From Macrostomum lignano (taxonomy: Eukaryota): a stretch of DNA of 40,277 bases. Under the pieces are notes generated by a model that did no database searches, was not told where the DNA came from, and was given only the letters and a program-made list of their open reading frames with translations. The stretch spans positions 1 to 40,277 of the forward strand of contig NIVC01001786.1 of assembly GCA_002269645.1 (NCBI GenBank), read 5' to 3'. Shown here one piece after another: positions 37,025 to 40,277 of this stretch. Positions within the stretch are counted from its first letter, which is position 1, and each line of letters opens with the position of its first letter. The position numbers were made by a program, and so were the translations under genes.

Positions 37025-37499
37025 TAAAGTCACTTTTTATTGCATCACCCAGTTTTAATTTTTCTTTCAACATTAAATGATGAATAAAAATAAAATATTA
37101 TTAATAATAATAAGCTAATAATTGACACATTAAATACAGTCTTTTATGCAGTTAATTGACCTATAAAACTATTTATTACTATTCAATGATTTCTACCGTG
37201 TCAATGAGAAACGGACTCAAATTTGAAAAAAAAACATGGCTACTTTTTCTTGTTAACAAAATTGAAAATTGAAAATTAAATTTCCAAACTGTGACTCAAA
37301 TATCTATTTATTAATAAACTAAACAAAATGCAGAATACTAGTACACTAGTACAAAACCCGAGTTTAAAAATGCGCTTTTGAAGTAATAAAGCATTTACCA
37401 AATTAAATGTCCTCACATTTGGTCTTTGTCACTCCTGCATAACCTTTCATAATATGTCACTCCAACCGCGTCAGTCTATCAGCGTCACTCCAAACGAGT

Positions 37500-37885
37500 G
37501 TCTGACACGGAGTGACTAGGAGTGACTGGAGAGTGACGGACACGGAGTGACTGGTTAATGATATACACGAAGTGACTAGGAAGTGATTGAGGAGTTCCGG
37601 GCGGGACTCGGGTGACTGGGGAGTGACTGACACAGAGTGACTGACACTGAGTGACTGGAGTGACGGACTCGGTGACTGGGGACTGACCGACAGAGTGACT
37701 GACACGGAGTGACGGACACGGATGACTGGGGAGTGACCGACACGGAGTGACCGACACGGAGTGACCAACACGACGTGACTGGAGAGTGACGGACTTAGGT
37801 GACTGGGGTGTGAGCGACACGAAGTAACCAACACGGAGTGACAGACACGGTGTGTAGAGAGTGACCGACACGGAGTGACAGGCAC
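37500..37885. repeat. Degenerate ~14-bp GTGACT/GACACGGA minisatellite
   Basis: Recurrent GAGTGAC(T/C)GACACG units just downstream (in - strand terms) of the RAP1-like stop codon. Confidence 0.8.
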
Positions 37886-37906
37886 GGAGTTTTGCAACAG
37901 CATCAG

Positions 37907-38383
37907 TCAGCAGCAGAGTGCCAGCTCAGGCGGGTCGCGGTCGGGCTCAGGCCAGCCGCAGTCGCCGAGGTAAATAAGGCGCAGACAGACGTCAACCCGT
38001 CCGAACCGATCTCGCACCCGGCGCATTCTTTCAATGTCGCAGCTCAAAACGTCGGCATCGTCTTGAGGAGTCCAGACCGGCAGGCCCGTGGAGCGAAGGG
38101 CGCCGCCAGACGCCAGCACGAACAGCGCCTCGGCTAGAACACCGTGACAGGCGTGCAATACAAAAACGGCGTGCTCCAAGTTGATGTCGAAGGTGAACAT
38201 CAGGCTGAGCAGCGGGCCGCTGGCCGGGACAGCGCCGCCCGAGCCGGTCTCAGAACTGCGGCTGTGATTGAGATCATCCACCACTTGGAGAGCTGAATAA
38301 GAGTAGCTCTGGTTGTTGGTGCTGGCGATGCTGTTGTTGTTGTTGACTTGGCAGAGTCGGCTGCGGCGGTTACCGGATGAGGC
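37907..38383 (-). CDS. TERF2IP: Terminal exon of a RAP1/TERF2IP-like shelterin protein (RCT domain)
   Basis: Acceptor CCCTTCACCACACAG| at 38384, phase 0. FDINLEHAVFVLHACHGVLAEALFVLASGGALRSTGLPVWTPQDDADVLSCDIERMRRVRDRFGRVDVCLRLIYL aligns by eye with human RAP1 C-terminus FNLDLSTVTQAFLKNSGELEATSAFLASGQRADGYPIWSRQDDIDLQKDDEDTREALVKKFGAQNVARRIEF. Recalled, not searched. Confidence 0.7.
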   Translation of the reverse strand, partial: ASSGNRRSRLCQVNNNNSIASTNNQSYSYSALQVVDDLNHSRSSETGSGGAVPASGPLLSLMFTFDINLEHAVFVLHACHGVLAEALFVLASGGALRSTGLPVWTPQDDADVLSCDIERMRRVRDRFGRVDVCLRLIYLGDCGWPEPDRDPPELALCC

Positions 38384-38504
38384 CTGTGTGGTGAAGGGTT
38401 CGGGATGAAAGGTGATAGCTAATAGGCTCTGCGATGAAAGCTTACAGACTCTGCGATGAAAGCTTACAGACTCTGCGATGATAGCTTACAGGCTCTGTGA
38501 TGAA

Positions 38505-39225
38505 AGGAGCTGACAGGATTTGCAGTGTAAGGATCAGGAGCTGACAGGATTTGCAGTGTAAGGATCAGGAGCTGACAGGATTTGCAGTGTAAGGATCAGG
38601 AGCTGACTGTCAGGATTTGCAGTGTAAGGATCAGGAGCTGACTGTCAGGATTTGCAGTGTAAGGATCAGGAGCTGACTGTCAGGATTTGCAGTGTAAGGA
38701 TCAGGAGCTGACTGTCAGGATTTGCAGTGTAAGGATCAGGAGCTGACTGACAGGATTTGCAGTGTAAGGATCAGGAGCTGACTGTCAGGATTTGCAGTGT
38801 AAGGATCAGGAGCTGACTGTCACGATTTGCAGTGTAAGGATCAGGAGCCGACAGGATTTGCAGTGTGACGATCAGGAGCTGACTGACAGGATTTGCAGTG
38901 TAAGGATCAGGAGCTGACAGGATTTGCAGTGTGAGGATCAGGAGCTGACTGCCAGGATTTGCAGTGTAAGGATCAGGAGCTGACAGGATTTGCAGTGTGA
39001 GGATCAGGAGCTGACTGTCAGGATTTGCAGTGTAAGGATCAGGAGCTGACTGACAGGATTTGCAGTGAAAGGATCAGGAGCTGACAGGATTTGCAGTGAA
39101 AGGATTAGGAGCTGACTGACAGGATTTGCAGTGAAAGGATCAGGAGCTGACTGACAGGATTTGCGGTGAAAGGATCAGGAGCTGACTGACAGGATTTGCA
39201 GTGTAAGGATCAGGAGCTGACAGGA
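38505..39225. repeat. 31-35-bp minisatellite (GGAGCTGAC[TGTC]AGGATTTGCAGTGTAAGGATCA), ~21 copies, probably intronic to the RAP1-like gene
   Basis: Tandem units with a 4-bp length polymorphism; preceded by three copies of a 22-bp unit at 38430-38495. Confidence 0.94.
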
Positions 39226-40277
39226 TAAGGAGTAAGGTTCAGGATGTGTTACTATGGAAACGCATTCTATTAAATCAATTCAACACTGTAGAACAGCTCC
39301 AGTGACAGACAGACAAACAGAGCTACTCAAATGAACTGAATTACTAGAGTGACAGGTACGTTGCCCATAGCAACACGTCCGTCGCCTGATAATGTAAGTA
39401 GAATTGACACGCCATAGGCGAACCTAAATGAATATTGACTAAATCTAAATCCTTTACGCGTTTGACTAAGAATGCATTAAATTAATTAACTTGACAATAG
39501 ACTAACCAGATGAAATTAATAATTTCCGTGTTTGTATCATATATTTATGCAGAAAATATTTGCAATCCAAATCGAGTCATTATATTAGGTGGGTATATTA
39601 AATGTCGGGTTGCACTAAACTTGTTTAAAGGCACATGAAAATAAAGTAACTACGAAATTTTCATACTTTCTTAGAATGAAATTTAGACGAAAGTATTACT
39701 GTAATATTTCTTTGGCAATTAAAACTTCTTGAACTTGTTGGATTGCATGGAATCAGACATAAAGAACCGAACAATGACAGCAAGAGATAAGTAAAATTTA
39801 ACTAAGGATAATTGGGCACATTTACAGAACAGATAGACAAGCAGACAGACAGACAGACAAGACAAACAGACAGACAAAAGATGAACAGAGAAAGACAGAC
39901 ATACAGACAGGTCAACAGAAGAATCTGATATCACTACTTGCACACCCGACAGTAATTCGAGAATAGGTACGGGAGAAAAAGAATTATCTAGCAAACAAGA
40001 ACCCACCCACACACACACCTAAGAGAAGCCAACAGGCATGTCACCTGTTTCCAGTCTCGCCTTCATGACAAACAGTTCTCGAATTGTATTATTTGCACAG
40101 GACGCTTACAGAAAAGGCGCTATACATTTACTACGAGTATATAGCAGATATATAGGTACAGGTAATTCAATACATTCAATATGAGTAATTCCTCTATTTT
40201 CTAATATCCTCTATTAAGCATTGAGAACAAATTAAAATAAGTCACCGGTTAAAACTTAGGGGCATCACGTAGAGGGA

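Overview
Repeat-saturated animal (invertebrate) genomic DNA, not prokaryotic. The style (spliced GC-rich exons in a sea of minisatellites) suggests a flatworm such as Macrostomum, but that is inference only. About 20 separate tandem arrays make up roughly 40-45% of the window, and most long ORFs in the ORF track are artefacts of them. Supported host genes: a FAM53-like terminal exon (+, 7504-8220); an intronless, Orange-less HES/hairy-type bHLH-WRPW gene with an atypical basic region (-, 16641-17105); a 3-exon DEG/ENaC channel with an in-frame TGA at a conserved Cys (+, 31747-36114); and the terminal exon of a RAP1/TERF2IP-like shelterin gene (-, 37907-38383). The most notable structure is a nested retrotransposon locus at 22025-27175. 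A 5'-truncated RTE-type LINE (- strand, (GTT)n tail, 9-bp TSD CCCCACTTG) has a near-complete Ingi/I-group LINE inserted inside its microsatellite tail. The inner element has a candidate HDV-like 5' ribozyme, a 2A/StopGo motif (DVERNPGP), two PHD fingers, APE, RT, RNase H and a CCHC knuckle, with one frameshift. Also present: a TA-flanked Tc1/mariner-like MITE filled with a 15-bp satellite, a decayed LINE RT fragment, several GGCGCC-core arrays resembling CTCF motifs, and arrays built from splice-site-like units.
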